DNA from: Nitrospirota bacterium
GTDB lineage: Bacteria > Nitrospirota > Nitrospiria > Nitrospirales > Nitrospiraceae
Direction: 5' to 3'
Assembly: GCA_963701855.1 (NCBI GenBank)
Contig: CAVPBK010000009.1
Span: forward strand, 32,001-96,000
DNA: 64,000 nucleotides
A program made the position numbers and the translations under genes. Within the stretch, counting starts at the first letter, position 1. Each line of letters opens with the position of its first letter. A model generated the notes under the pieces. That model searched no databases. It was given only the letters and a program-made list of their open reading frames with translations, and was not told the DNA's origin. Positions 41,340-52,145 of the stretch are shown here, one piece after another.

Positions 41340-41543
41340 ATGGAACTGATAATCCTTGAGATACTCATTGCGGGGCTGATTGCTGGGCTGGCGGTGATCG
41401 TCTGGATGATAGCTCGCAACTACTTTGATGACGACCATTTCTTCGAGGACAATCAGTTAGGAGGAGTCCGCTTGTCGGAAACACATGATCAGGAGGAACC
41501 ACAGAAAGAGCACTCATCCGGACAGTCGAAGGCTGCGGCCTGA
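41340..41543 (+). CDS. small single-pass membrane protein
   Basis: AAGGAG RBS, N-terminal hydrophobic helix, acidic tail. Confidence 0.7.
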   Translation: MELIILEILIAGLIAGLAVIVWMIARNYFDDDHFFEDNQLGGVRLSETHDQEEPQKEHSSGQSKAAA

Positions 41544-42054
41544 CAGTGGACTGCTTGCTCTGGTCTGTGTGGTCTAACTGGTTTGTCTGGTTCATCTAGT
41601 TGGCCGGGTTTAACCAAATGATCGAGACAGACCAGATCAACCCTCTCCCATCACGCCCATTTCAGTTCTCTTCTCCGTTTCAAACTCAGCATTCAGAACT
41701 TCGTCCCGGTACCACCCAAGCACGACTCTTGCTGTATATCGTATTCGTTGATTGCTGGCGAGGCACGTTACAATGCGGGACGAGCGGCTACCCCGTGGCA
41801 TGGCAATGGAAGTTCTGAGTGCTGAGCGGGAAGACATAGGGTTCTGGTTCGACTTATTCGGAAGACTCAACCGCATGATCAGCAAAACCTTGCCGGCCTA
41901 TTGAAAGAACGCGACGAACTGCTCAGAATATTGAACAGTATCATTCTACCCATGCGCCGCTAGATCATGACTCGTGAAAACTCAGAACCCAGAGCTCAAA
42001 ACTCAAAACTCGGCGAAGCCGTTGACTCCGCACTTTCTATCGCCTGAGGTCTCG

Positions 42055-44013
42055 ATGCTCACCGATGCAAACCCATATTCCATTCTCGTCGTGGAAGACA
42101 ACCTGGACCTTGTCATGGGGCTACAGGATTTCCTGCACTATGATGGCTACGACGTCACCATTGCCGACACCGTCGTTGGCGCTATCGAACTCGTTCGAAC
42201 CCATCGCTTCAACGCCATCATTCTGGACCTGGGCCTGCCGGATGGCGATGGGATCGATGTCTTGAAAGAATCCCAATGCCTAGACCCCGCTCTCCCTGTC
42301 GTGGTCGTAACCGCCCATATCTCGCCGGATCGCACCCTGGGAGCACTGGCGGAGGGCGCGTATGCCTATCTCACAAAACCATATGACCGGGAGGAGCTTC
42401 GGCACATCCTCCGTCGCGCCATCGGAGTCAAGGAACTCGCTATCAAAGTCGAACGGACGGAACGCCTCCTCAGCCAAAGCGAAGAACGCTTGGAGCTCGT
42501 GATCCAAGGCTCCAATGACGGCTTCTGGGATGGACGGGTCCTTCCCGGCGAACCGTGGAATTCCCCGCGTACACCGGTGTGGTGGTCTCCTCGCGTCAAA
42601 GCCATGCTGGGTTATACCGACGAAGAATTTCCCGATGTCTTGGAGAGCTGGGCTTCTCGGCTTCATCCCGAAGATACCGACCGCGTCTTCGATGCCTTGA
42701 CGGACCATATCGAGCGCCGTGGTCCCTACGACGTGGAATGCCGGATCCTCACCAAGGCAGGAGAGTATCGCTGGTTCCGCGCCCGAGGCCAAGCGATCTG
42801 GGACGAGACCGGCCAGTTAACTCGTATGTCCGGCTCCCTCCGGGACGTGACGGATCGCAAACTCACGGAGGAGGCGTTGCATCGTAGCGAGCAATTGCTC
42901 CGAAACGTGGCCGACAACACGACGGCGGTCATTTATGTCAAAGACGTCGACGGCCGGTTTCTGTTTACCAACCGCCGCTTTGAGCAGCTGTTTCATCTCT
43001 CGACCGAACAGATAGTCGGTCATACGAACCACGAAATCTTTCCACGAGAAATTGCCGATGCATTCCGCGCAAACGATCTGCGTGTCCTGGAGCAGAACAG
43101 TACCGTGGAATATGAAGAACAGGCGCCGCTGGAGGACGGATTGCATACTTTTCTCTCGATTAAATTCCCGCTGTGCGACCACGCCGGCACACCTTACGCA
43201 ACCTGCGGTATTTCTTCCGACATTACCGAGCGCAAGCGGACGGAGACAGCCCTTCGAACTTCGCAGGAAAACCTACGGCAGGCTCTCCAAGCGTCCAACA
43301 CGGGACTATGGGATTGGAACACGGAGACGAACGATGTCTGGCTCTCCAGAGAATGGAAACGCCAGCTTGGGTACGAGGAATCAGACATGAGGAATGCCTT
43401 CGAGTCATGGGAGACGCATCTGCATCCCGACGACCATGACAAGGCCATTGCGTTTGTGCGGACCTATCTGGCACACCCCGTTGGCGATTACCAACAGGAA
43501 TTTCGCCTGCGGCACAAGGATGGGACTTACCGGTGGATCGAGGCCCGGGCCTCGCTTGTAAAAGAGCCGGATGGTCGACGGGTTCGTCTCCTGGGATCGC
43601 ACACCGACATCACCGAGCGCAAATGCATCGAACACAACCTCCGCGCTCTTACGGAACAACTTCGCCTTGCCCTGAGCTCGACAGAGATGGGGACGTGGAG
43701 TTGGGATCTCCAAAGCGATCACATCTATTGGTCCTCGCAAGTCGATAGGTTCTTCGGCCTATCTAACGGGGCACAGCCTCGCACGAAGAAGGACTGGCTG
43801 GAGCTTGTGTACCGGGAGGATCAGGAGTTGCTGGCGCGTATGATGCGTCAGGCAATGGATCAAGCCGACGCCAACCTGACATTTGAGCACCGCATCATGA
43901 GACAGAACGGCAGCTTCCAATTGTGTATCTGGATTGGTGAAATTATTCGCGATCATGACGGAAAAGCTTTGCATATATTGGGGACGGTGCGCACCACAGA
44001 CTGTGGCGCGTGA
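42055..44013 (+). CDS. REC + four PAS/PAC domain protein without an output domain
   Basis: LVVEDN/LDLGLP/TKPY; repeated WDW..LHPED..YRW..DITERK units. Confidence 0.88.
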   Translation: MLTDANPYSILVVEDNLDLVMGLQDFLHYDGYDVTIADTVVGAIELVRTHRFNAIILDLGLPDGDGIDVLKESQCLDPALPVVVVTAHISPDRTLGALAEGAYAYLTKPYDREELRHILRRAIGVKELAIKVERTERLLSQSEERLELVIQGSNDGFWDGRVLPGEPWNSPRTPVWWSPRVKAMLGYTDEEFPDVLESWASRLHPEDTDRVFDALTDHIERRGPYDVECRILTKAGEYRWFRARGQAIWDETGQLTRMSGSLRDVTDRKLTEEALHRSEQLLRNVADNTTAVIYVKDVDGRFLFTNRRFEQLFHLSTEQIVGHTNHEIFPREIADAFRANDLRVLEQNSTVEYEEQAPLEDGLHTFLSIKFPLCDHAGTPYATCGISSDITERKRTETALRTSQENLRQALQASNTGLWDWNTETNDVWLSREWKRQLGYEESDMRNAFESWETHLHPDDHDKAIAFVRTYLAHPVGDYQQEFRLRHKDGTYRWIEARASLVKEPDGRRVRLLGSHTDITERKCIEHNLRALTEQLRLALSSTEMGTWSWDLQSDHIYWSSQVDRFFGLSNGAQPRTKKDWLELVYREDQELLARMMRQAMDQADANLTFEHRIMRQNGSFQLCIWIGEIIRDHDGKALHILGTVRTTDCGA

Positions 44014-44068
44014 AGCATCATTCGTCTCTCAGGTCTGTCTTGTCGTGGGTCCGGACCAGAAAGACCAG

Positions 44069-45037
44069 ATGAACCAGACTAACCAGATAGACAGGCTCTT
44101 CCGTGCGGGGCGTTGCTTTGCTGCCTGGACGGTGCTGGGACTCGTCTGCTTGCTCGGCCTCTGTACCCTGTGTGTGACCGAATCCTTTGCGATGGACATT
44201 GCCATCCTGCATTCTTCCAGCATTCCCGCGTATCAGGAAGCCGTTGCAGGCTTGAAAGCTACTGGCCCGATTGGAGCGATCTATACCGAATACGATCTGC
44301 AAGGCGATTTGGAGCTTGGGAAAAAACTCTCACGCAAACTGCGGGAATCGCATCCGTCATTGGTCGTCGCCGTGGGACTCAAGGCCGCTTTGGCAGCGAA
44401 AATGGAAATTGAGAACATCCCGATCGTCTATATGATGGTCCTGGATCCGTTGAAATATCAACTTACATCCGCCAACATAACCGGCACGCTCCTGGAAGTT
44501 CCCATCGACCGACAGCTGAAGATCATGCGGATGTTCCTGCCGAACCTTCAACGAATTGGGATGCTTTACGATCCAGGCAAGACCTCCTCTCGGGTGAAGG
44601 ACACAATCCAGCTAGCCACCATCTCCAACTTTCGATTGAACAGCCTTCCCGTCGAGAGTGACAAGGATATTCCCCAGCAATTACGCACGCTGCTCCCGGA
44701 GATTGAAGCCCTCTGGCTCATACCGGACTCAACGGTGCTGACGAACGAATCAATACGATTCATTCTTGAATCGGCGCTCGCACATCAGATACCCGTGATC
44801 GGATTCTCACCGGAGTTCACACGCCTGGGAGCTTTGCTCAGCTTGTCCGTCAACTACGGAGAAGTCGGACGAGAGACCGGATTGCTTACGAAGCGTATTC
44901 TCAACGGAGAAATGCTTCTGCCGCACAATCCTATACCGATCGAGCGACACGTGATCACCGTCAATCTCAAGACCGCAAAGTTCCTGGGCATGACGTTTTC
45001 GAAGGAATTGACGAGTCTCATCGATGAAACCTATTAA
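44069..45037 (+). CDS. ABC-type substrate-binding-like periplasmic protein
   Basis: VAVG, IGMLYDP, LWLIPDSTV, VNLKTA; start uncertain. Confidence 0.8.
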   Translation: MNQTNQIDRLFRAGRCFAAWTVLGLVCLLGLCTLCVTESFAMDIAILHSSSIPAYQEAVAGLKATGPIGAIYTEYDLQGDLELGKKLSRKLRESHPSLVVAVGLKAALAAKMEIENIPIVYMMVLDPLKYQLTSANITGTLLEVPIDRQLKIMRMFLPNLQRIGMLYDPGKTSSRVKDTIQLATISNFRLNSLPVESDKDIPQQLRTLLPEIEALWLIPDSTVLTNESIRFILESALAHQIPVIGFSPEFTRLGALLSLSVNYGEVGRETGLLTKRILNGEMLLPHNPIPIERHVITVNLKTAKFLGMTFSKELTSLIDETY

Positions 45038-45050
45038 TGTGGACCGGTAA

Positions 45051-47330
45051 GTGAATCCTTCTAATCCACTGAAGACACCCAGAGCCGCCGTGGAATTACC
45101 CGCATACGGGTTCCGCAGCCTACGCATAAAGTTTGTGTTATTTTTCAGCTTCATTCTCATCATCGCGTGTTCGGCCTTGAGCTTGTATTACATCAAAGAG
45201 AGGCGAGCAGCAATGACCGAGAGCCTCCATCAACTGGGAACAATTCTCCTCACCGGCGTTGTCAATAATGAACACTTCCAATATGCGGGCCTTGTGGCGG
45301 AAGATCCCGACACGCTTAAACAATTTATTCAAGGCCTCCTAGCTGTCCAGGATGTGGAATACGTGCTCATTACCCGCCTAGATGGATCCATACTCGCCCT
45401 GCACAGGAAGGGAACATCCCAATCTTCTGTCGGCCTTGACCTACCCGTGAATGATTCTCTATTCCCGGACAATCAGATTGCAAAACAGCTCTTCCAATCT
45501 ACGAATAGGACTCCTCTGATCACACGCAGCCCCCTCTCCACCAAGACAGAAAGGTTATTTGATTGGGAGCAAATCGTATACGACTTTGCCCTGCCCGTGC
45601 TGCGAAGGACAACAGAAAAGACCGCGCCGCCGCCATTCTCTATCCAACTGGATGAAGGAAACACCAAATCATCCCCGCCACAGCCTGCGCTCGTATCCGG
45701 TATCGTCCAAATAGGATTGAGCGACGCACGCCTGAAACATGAACTCGCAGCGATGATCAGAAACTTTCTCCTCTTCACCGTCGGTATCATCGGCGCAGGT
45801 GCGCTCGGCGCCCATCTGCTCATCCTCCGCATCACGAAGCCCCTCGGGAGTCTTACCGGTGTAGCCCGACAAGTGGCCGGCGGCCAGTCGCCTGCGCTAC
45901 TCACACCTGCCACCCGCGACGAAATCGGCCAACTGACGAGCATGTTTAACCTAATGACTCACTCATTACAGGAGCGGAGCATCGCCATTACCGCAAACCT
46001 GGCCACCATTAAACACCAAGTCAGCCAATTGACCACGTTACATCAAGTCAGTGCGGCCATCGCCCAGACGCTGAACCTGAACCAAATTCTTAGCACCATC
46101 CTGCAGCTCCTGATTGCCAACATGGGTTTTACACGGATGTTTTTGACGTTGCGCCATGCCGAACGGGACACGGTGTATGTGGCTCAAATCGCTGGAGTCT
46201 CGCCGGCCATCGCGGAAGCAGCTCGCCGGCTTGAGCTGCCGATCCAGGACGATAACAGTCTCCAAGCCGACCTGCTGATTCACGGCAAGCCCCTGCTCGT
46301 CCACAGCCTTGAGGCCGTGGCTCATCGTGTGCAACCACCGGTACTGGAGCTGGCTCGCCAAGTCGGGGTGACATCCTTCGTCGCAGTGCCGCTCCAGAGC
46401 CAGAACCAGACGCTCGGATATCTCGCCGGTGACCGGGGCTCACAGCCCTGCACGGACGAAGATCTCCATATGTTGCTGACGATTGCCAGTCATGTGGCCG
46501 CGGCCATCGACAATGCCAGAGCCTATTCCCATCTCGAAGAGATCACGACACATCTTGAACAGCGTATTGCGGAACGCACGCAGGAATTGACCATTGCCAA
46601 TGCACACCTCCAGAAGCAAGATCGGCAGCGGTCGCTGTTTCTCTCTGTCGCTTCGCATGAATTGCGCACCCCCATGACCGTGATTCGCAGCTTTGCAGAC
46701 AATATGCGTGACGGTATTGCAGGGCCAGTCAGTGAACAACAAATGGCCTATCTCACTCGCATCGGATATAACCTGAGCCGACTCACAAGAATCATCAATC
46801 AATTGCTTGATTGGTCCCGCCTCGACAGTAAAAATGAAACGCTTTGCCTTACGCCAATCTGCGTCGAAACATCCGCCCGTCTAGTCGCCGAAAATTTGCG
46901 CACCGTTGCGGGTGATAAAACAATTGCTCTCGAAATCCTGCACGCAGAAGGGCTTCCAGCAGTCCAGGGGGACAGCGATAAGCTGGAGCAGATTCTCTGG
47001 AATCTCATTGGCAATGCTATCAAGTTTACGCCGCCAGGCGGCCGCATCACCGTCGGTTTCCAGACTACCCCCGATGGCTTTGTCGAGACCTCTGTCGCCG
47101 ATACCGGTTGCGGGATTGACCCGAGTCACGTCGGAATGCTTTTCCATGAATTTTCAAAACTGCCGTCTGCGAATCCCACTGTTCAGGGCGCTCAACTTGG
47201 CCTATTCATCACCAAAAGCCTGGTGACGATGCATCGAGGAACCATCGGCGTGGAGAGCACACCCGGAGCTGGTACTCGCTTTTATTTCACAGTGCCTGTC
47301 GCGTCTTCGCAGGAAGCGCAGATCAGGTGA
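45051..47330 (+). CDS. membrane sensor histidine kinase (HAMP-GAF-HisKA-HATPase)
   Basis: two TM helices, DEIGQL, SHELRTP, NLIGNAIKF, DTGCG. Confidence 0.95.
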   Translation: MNPSNPLKTPRAAVELPAYGFRSLRIKFVLFFSFILIIACSALSLYYIKERRAAMTESLHQLGTILLTGVVNNEHFQYAGLVAEDPDTLKQFIQGLLAVQDVEYVLITRLDGSILALHRKGTSQSSVGLDLPVNDSLFPDNQIAKQLFQSTNRTPLITRSPLSTKTERLFDWEQIVYDFALPVLRRTTEKTAPPPFSIQLDEGNTKSSPPQPALVSGIVQIGLSDARLKHELAAMIRNFLLFTVGIIGAGALGAHLLILRITKPLGSLTGVARQVAGGQSPALLTPATRDEIGQLTSMFNLMTHSLQERSIAITANLATIKHQVSQLTTLHQVSAAIAQTLNLNQILSTILQLLIANMGFTRMFLTLRHAERDTVYVAQIAGVSPAIAEAARRLELPIQDDNSLQADLLIHGKPLLVHSLEAVAHRVQPPVLELARQVGVTSFVAVPLQSQNQTLGYLAGDRGSQPCTDEDLHMLLTIASHVAAAIDNARAYSHLEEITTHLEQRIAERTQELTIANAHLQKQDRQRSLFLSVASHELRTPMTVIRSFADNMRDGIAGPVSEQQMAYLTRIGYNLSRLTRIINQLLDWSRLDSKNETLCLTPICVETSARLVAENLRTVAGDKTIALEILHAEGLPAVQGDSDKLEQILWNLIGNAIKFTPPGGRITVGFQTTPDGFVETSVADTGCGIDPSHVGMLFHEFSKLPSANPTVQGAQLGLFITKSLVTMHRGTIGVESTPGAGTRFYFTVPVASSQEAQIR

Positions 47331-47542
47331 AGCAGGTAGAAGACCGAAGGACGAGATTCCGGACACTTCAGCCTTCGGCCATCAGCAATTGGGAGGAGTG
47401 TATTTTCCCATGTCGATGATCTACAATTTCAGAACTTCAGGCTGATAGGCTGAAGGGGTTCAGGAGTTCAGCATGCGTGATCACACAGACCTTCAGCCTG
47501 AATTCCTGAATCCCTGAACGCCTGATTTCCTGAGCAGACACA

Positions 47543-48988
47543 ATGCGCGCAAAAATTCTCATCGTCGACGACGACCGCGATATTCTTCTCGGGCTCGAGA
47601 ATCGTATCGCGTGGATGGGGCACGAGCCTGTCACAGCCAACAACGGCAAAGATGCGCTGCGCCTGATTGAACAAAACGAATTCGATCTCGCGCTCCTGGA
47701 TTTGGAACTGCCGGGTCTGTCAGGTCTGGAGGTTCTGGAGAGAGTGAATGGGGCCTCGCACAGCGAGCAGCAACCCGAAAAGAACACCAGCCCAGCTTGC
47801 ACCGCACCGCTCATCATTATCCTGACCGCATTCGGCACCGTCGAGCGCGCCGTGCACGCCATGCAGCTTGGCGCATTTGATTTCCTGACGAAACCGTTCA
47901 ACGCCGACCATCTGACCGTCGTGGTGAACAAAGCCCTGGCCACGGTCACGTTGCACCGTCAGGTCGATGTTCTCCGTCAGGAAGTCGACGATCGGTACGA
48001 CCATCTTGTCGGAACCAACGCCAAGATGGCAATGCAACTCACGATCGCCAAACAAGCGGCGCAATCCGATGTGTCCGTCCTCCTGCTCGGTGAAACCGGC
48101 ACGGGAAAGGAGGTCGTGGCCCGCGCGATTCATCGTTGGAGTCCACGCCGCTCGAAACCATTCGTGGCGGTCAATTGCGCGGCTTTGCCGGAGCATCTTC
48201 TTGAGAATGAACTGTTCGGTCATGAAAAGGGCTCCTATACCGGAGCAGTCAAACGGGAACCGGGCAAGATCGAAATAGCAGAAGGCGGAACGGTGTTTCT
48301 CGATGAAATCGGAGATATGCCGCTCCCCTTACAAAGCCACTTGCTGCGGCTTATCCAGGATCAAACCTTCTACCGCATAGGCGGAACCCAGCTGGTTCGC
48401 ACCAATGTACGTTTCATCGCAGCCACGAATAAAGATATATTGCGCGCAATCCAGCAGGGCACATTTCGTGAGGATTTATACTACCGGCTCGCGGTGATTA
48501 CCGTACCACTTCCGCCCCTGCGCGAACGGATGGACGATGTCCCTGCACTCGCCAGGCATTTCCTCGATCGTGCGGTCAGAATGGGGGTTCATCGCTCCTG
48601 CGCCCTGAGTGAACATGCCGTCCAGGTGTTGCAACAGTATCCGTGGCCTGGCAATATCCGCGAACTTGAAAATGTGCTGATGCGTGCAGTTATCTTGTGT
48701 CCCAAAGACACTCTTGACCCCTCGCACCTGCACCTGCCGGATTCAGCATTCCCTTCGGCGACCGAGCCAAAAACTGGATCTCCTCCTCGCCACTATCATG
48801 AAAGCATGGACGCCTACAGTCGGACGATTATCGAAGAGGCGTTGCGCAGAAATAGATGGAACCAAACCAGGGCAGCCGAAGAGCTTGGCCTTCAACGGAC
48901 CTACCTCACGAGGCTACTCCGTCAGAAAGACATCTCTGGCAGACAGCCAAAAGATTCTACTTCATCTTCCAAAGACGATTCGCGCTGA
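47543..48988 (+). CDS. sigma54-dependent response regulator (NtrC family)
   Basis: REC, GETGTGKE, ELFGHEKGSYTGA, FLDEIG, WPGNIRELEN, Fis-type HTH. Confidence 0.97.
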   Translation: MRAKILIVDDDRDILLGLENRIAWMGHEPVTANNGKDALRLIEQNEFDLALLDLELPGLSGLEVLERVNGASHSEQQPEKNTSPACTAPLIIILTAFGTVERAVHAMQLGAFDFLTKPFNADHLTVVVNKALATVTLHRQVDVLRQEVDDRYDHLVGTNAKMAMQLTIAKQAAQSDVSVLLLGETGTGKEVVARAIHRWSPRRSKPFVAVNCAALPEHLLENELFGHEKGSYTGAVKREPGKIEIAEGGTVFLDEIGDMPLPLQSHLLRLIQDQTFYRIGGTQLVRTNVRFIAATNKDILRAIQQGTFREDLYYRLAVITVPLPPLRERMDDVPALARHFLDRAVRMGVHRSCALSEHAVQVLQQYPWPGNIRELENVLMRAVILCPKDTLDPSHLHLPDSAFPSATEPKTGSPPRHYHESMDAYSRTIIEEALRRNRWNQTRAAEELGLQRTYLTRLLRQKDISGRQPKDSTSSSKDDSR

Positions 48989-49049
48989 AAGCCGTGCTGA
49001 GTCCTGAATGCTGAGTTCGAACCCTGAACCCTTCAGCCTTCGGATTATC

Positions 49050-49418
49050 TCATTTTCCCGAATAGTAGCGCATGCGGCTGCCGTGAAGAAGGGACAGTTC
49101 AATTTCACTGGCCGTCAGGTCAAGGGGGAAATAGGCGCCTGAAATTTTTGCGGCGTTGATGCTGGCGCCTTCAAGCCGCGCGTTGCGAAAGTCGACGCTG
49201 CGAAGATCGGTCTGCCGAAAATAACAGTCGCTGAAGTCCAGACCATCGGCATCCAGCCCTCTCAGGTCGAGACCGCGCAGATCGCATCCCCGCAAGTCAA
49301 CTTTCTCTCCCGACGCTTTTTTTACGTTAAATTCGGTGATACACCCTTCACGTAGCAAGCGATACATCGGGTCATTGGGAATTCGCAATTTGGAGCGGGT
49401 GGGATTTGTGGTATCCAT
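49050..49418 (-). CDS. pentapeptide repeat protein
   Basis: DLRGCDLRGLDLRGLDADGLDFSDCYF repeats. Confidence 0.88.
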   Translation of the reverse strand: MDTTNPTRSKLRIPNDPMYRLLREGCITEFNVKKASGEKVDLRGCDLRGLDLRGLDADGLDFSDCYFRQTDLRSVDFRNARLEGASINAAKISGAYFPLDLTASEIELSLLHGSRMRYYSGK

Positions 49419-49520
49419 AGGGCCTCCGTCTGGTCTGGTCAATCTCGTTTCTTTGGTTAGTTTCGTTCAAGCAAAAACCAGACAAACTAAATGAACCAAA
49501 CAAACCAAATCACGTTCTTC

Positions 49521-50447
49521 TTATGCTAAGGGAACTGTGAACATGACCTCGTTTCCCTTGTCGTTATACGCAATGTCAGGAAAGAACGAATGAACGAGGA
49601 ATATGCCTCGTCCACTGGCATCCCCCGGGGGGCACACATCAAAACCTGATTTTACGAGCGACTTCCAATTAAACCCCTTCCCTTCGTCGGCAATCTGATA
49701 CGTCAACATCTGTCGCCCCTTGTCGTAAATCGTACGGATAGTGACCCGACGGTCCCGAAAGCGGGCATCCTGCCTGCGCCGCTGGACCAGCTCGTCGTAC
49801 TGGTCCTTCGCCATGGCTTCGAGTTTCTCACGATAGCGAAGTTCAAGGCAGCCATGCTCAACCGCATTCATGACGAGTTCTTGCAACGCGGCTCGAAGAT
49901 GAAGCTGACGCGCCTCCATCAGCCCCATGGCCGTACCTTGAACAAGCCAGTTCACCGTGCTTTCGATGAAACTCGGGTCGGTACCCATGAGCAGCACATA
50001 CTCCAGCCGTTCGACACCCGGCGCATCGTCCACAGAGACAGGCAGCGAATGGGTTGCCCGCTGTAGAACCTGCGCGAATGCATCCTCATCAATCGGCTGC
50101 TGCACATAATCAAGAGCGCCGGCGCGCAACCCTTCCAGCGTCGATTCGTCATGGCCTGCATCGGTGAGGAGTACAATGGGGCAGCTTGGGCGACGCTCGT
50201 GAATCTGCTTCACCAGATTAATCCCGTCCTGTTCCGGCAGAAAAAGATCTGTAATCACGATATCGGGCTGCGTCATATCGAATGTTGAGAACCCGAGCGC
50301 GGGGGTCGCAGCAGATATCACTGAATACCCCTTCGCCCTCGCATACTCCAATATCACAGTCTGGCTATCGGCATTGCCGGCTACGACGAGCAACGTACGC
50401 GCCTGTGCATGCAAACAAGTAGCAACCACCATAATAGATATCTCCAA
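49521..50447 (-). CDS. REC + RsbW-like kinase/ATPase domain protein
   Basis: REC (ITDLFLP), ELVMNAVEHG, DEGKGF, GRGIFL; start uncertain. Confidence 0.85.
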   Translation of the reverse strand: MEISIMVVATCLHAQARTLLVVAGNADSQTVILEYARAKGYSVISAATPALGFSTFDMTQPDIVITDLFLPEQDGINLVKQIHERRPSCPIVLLTDAGHDESTLEGLRAGALDYVQQPIDEDAFAQVLQRATHSLPVSVDDAPGVERLEYVLLMGTDPSFIESTVNWLVQGTAMGLMEARQLHLRAALQELVMNAVEHGCLELRYREKLEAMAKDQYDELVQRRRQDARFRDRRVTIRTIYDKGRQMLTYQIADEGKGFNWKSLVKSGFDVCPPGDASGRGIFLVHSFFPDIAYNDKGNEVMFTVPLA

Positions 50448-50497
50448 CGATTATTTACCGAAACACGACTCCTGCGCGCGCGATCCTGTCGTCTCGA

Positions 50498-50869
50498 TCA
50501 TGATGGAAACCCTTCGGCGATCAATTCCCGAAGCGCGGCGTGCACCTCGTCCAAGTGCGTCTCGACAACCATACAGACCGACAAGGCCTCGGCTAACTCC
50601 CCCTGTCGGCCCAACTCTTCCAACCGTTTCGTACTCTCGAACAGTCGTGTCGCACACATCTGTATGACAGACCCCTTCAATTTATGCGCAGCGGCCGCCA
50701 ACCCGGCGCCATCCAACCGCTCCAGAGCCGCGCGCGCCGCCGCCGCTGCCTTGGGACTCTCCTGCAAAAAAATCTCGGCCAAGGTAAGAAAGAGATCTTG
50801 ATCTCCATCGGCTTGGCTCAACGCCTTGGAAAGGTCAAACACCTCCGTTTTACCCACGGTCTTATCCAT
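50498..50869 (-). CDS. Hpt domain protein
   Basis: AAHKLKGS. Confidence 0.9.
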   Translation of the reverse strand: MDKTVGKTEVFDLSKALSQADGDQDLFLTLAEIFLQESPKAAAAARAALERLDGAGLAAAAHKLKGSVIQMCATRLFESTKRLEELGRQGELAEALSVCMVVETHLDEVHAALRELIAEGFPS

Positions 50870-52133
50870 TAAATGTCCTTTCAAGGCTATTGGTCAGTTC
50901 AAGCCCCAGGACCGCCGCATCGTCCGAAAATTGTTGCGCTTGTTGCCAGCCTTGGGCTGCTGAAAAGCTGGACCTGATCGTCGCCGAAAGAGACGTTTGC
51001 TTCTCGGCATCGATCACCGCTTGGAAACGGTCTCGTCCCCAGACCTCCCCGCTTGAAGACGGGGCCTCGTAAATCCCATCGCTCAATAAAAACAGCCGGT
51101 CGGCAGGCTTCATGCAAAGGCGGTCGCATGCAAACTGCGCGGACAAATCGAAACCAAGGGGATACGATGAGCGCGTAAGCCATTGGGACGGACGCTGAGC
51201 CGAGCTGAGCAGAGCGCCGGAATGGCCGGCAGTCGCGTACGATAGGCTGCCTGTCGGCAAGTGAAGCAGTCCCACCCACAGGGTGAAATACTCCCCATCG
51301 TCGCTCAAGGGAAACCGCCGATTGACCTCGAATAAGACCTTCCCAGGATCGTACGATCCAATCAATTGAAGCATGTTGTCCACTCGCAGACATGTCATCA
51401 GCGAGACCGAGCGCAATGCGGCGGAGACCCCGTGTCCCGACGCATCCATCATATAGAGGCCGAGATTGTCCGCATCGACCGCCATCACGCCAAAGAGATC
51501 GCCGCCCAACAATAAAGACGGCTGATACTCCCATGCCAGCTCGATTCCTTGGGTAAAGCTTCCTTGTGGGGGAAACTGCGAACGGATAAATGCGGCGGCA
51601 GCTTGGAGATCGGCTTCCGTTTCTTCCTGCTTCCTTTGCAGTAACTTCAACGACGACTCCAGTTGATTGCCGGTTGTTTCCAGCTCTCGTAGCAAACGGC
51701 TGGTGCGCAGACCGGCCAGCACGCGTGCAGTGATTTCCTGTTTACTGGCCGACTTACTCAGAAAGTCGTCGGCGCCTCGCGCCAGCCCTTCGACAATCTG
51801 TGCCGGTTGATCCTGGCCGGTCATGAGAAGAAGCTGGCTTGAATTCAACAAGGGATCACGGCGCACTGCTTCACAGAGCGTCGGCCCATCCATCTCCGGC
51901 ATCATCCAATCGACGACAAGAAGATCCGGGCGTTCACGTCTGGCCACGTCCAGACCCACTCGCCCATTCTCGGCTACAAGAATTCGATACCCCAACCTCC
52001 CCAACCGCGCAGCCATACTCGCTCTGGTGACTGGTTCATCCTCCACGAGGAGGATTGTCGCGGCAGACGCCTTAGGCTGTGCAGACAAGGCGTCAGCCTG
52101 CCCAGTGTGTTGCACTGTGTTCGAATTCATCAT
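50862..52133 (-). CDS. REC + SpoIIE/PP2C phosphatase
   Basis: DWMMP, GGD, DASGHG, SDG, DD. Confidence 0.92.
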   Translation of the reverse strand: MMNSNTVQHTGQADALSAQPKASAATILLVEDEPVTRASMAARLGRLGYRILVAENGRVGLDVARRERPDLLVVDWMMPEMDGPTLCEAVRRDPLLNSSQLLLMTGQDQPAQIVEGLARGADDFLSKSASKQEITARVLAGLRTSRLLRELETTGNQLESSLKLLQRKQEETEADLQAAAAFIRSQFPPQGSFTQGIELAWEYQPSLLLGGDLFGVMAVDADNLGLYMMDASGHGVSAALRSVSLMTCLRVDNMLQLIGSYDPGKVLFEVNRRFPLSDDGEYFTLWVGLLHLPTGSLSYATAGHSGALLSSAQRPSQWLTRSSYPLGFDLSAQFACDRLCMKPADRLFLLSDGIYEAPSSSGEVWGRDRFQAVIDAEKQTSLSATIRSSFSAAQGWQQAQQFSDDAAVLGLELTNSLERTFNG

Positions 52134-52145
52134 GCACCAATAGCA

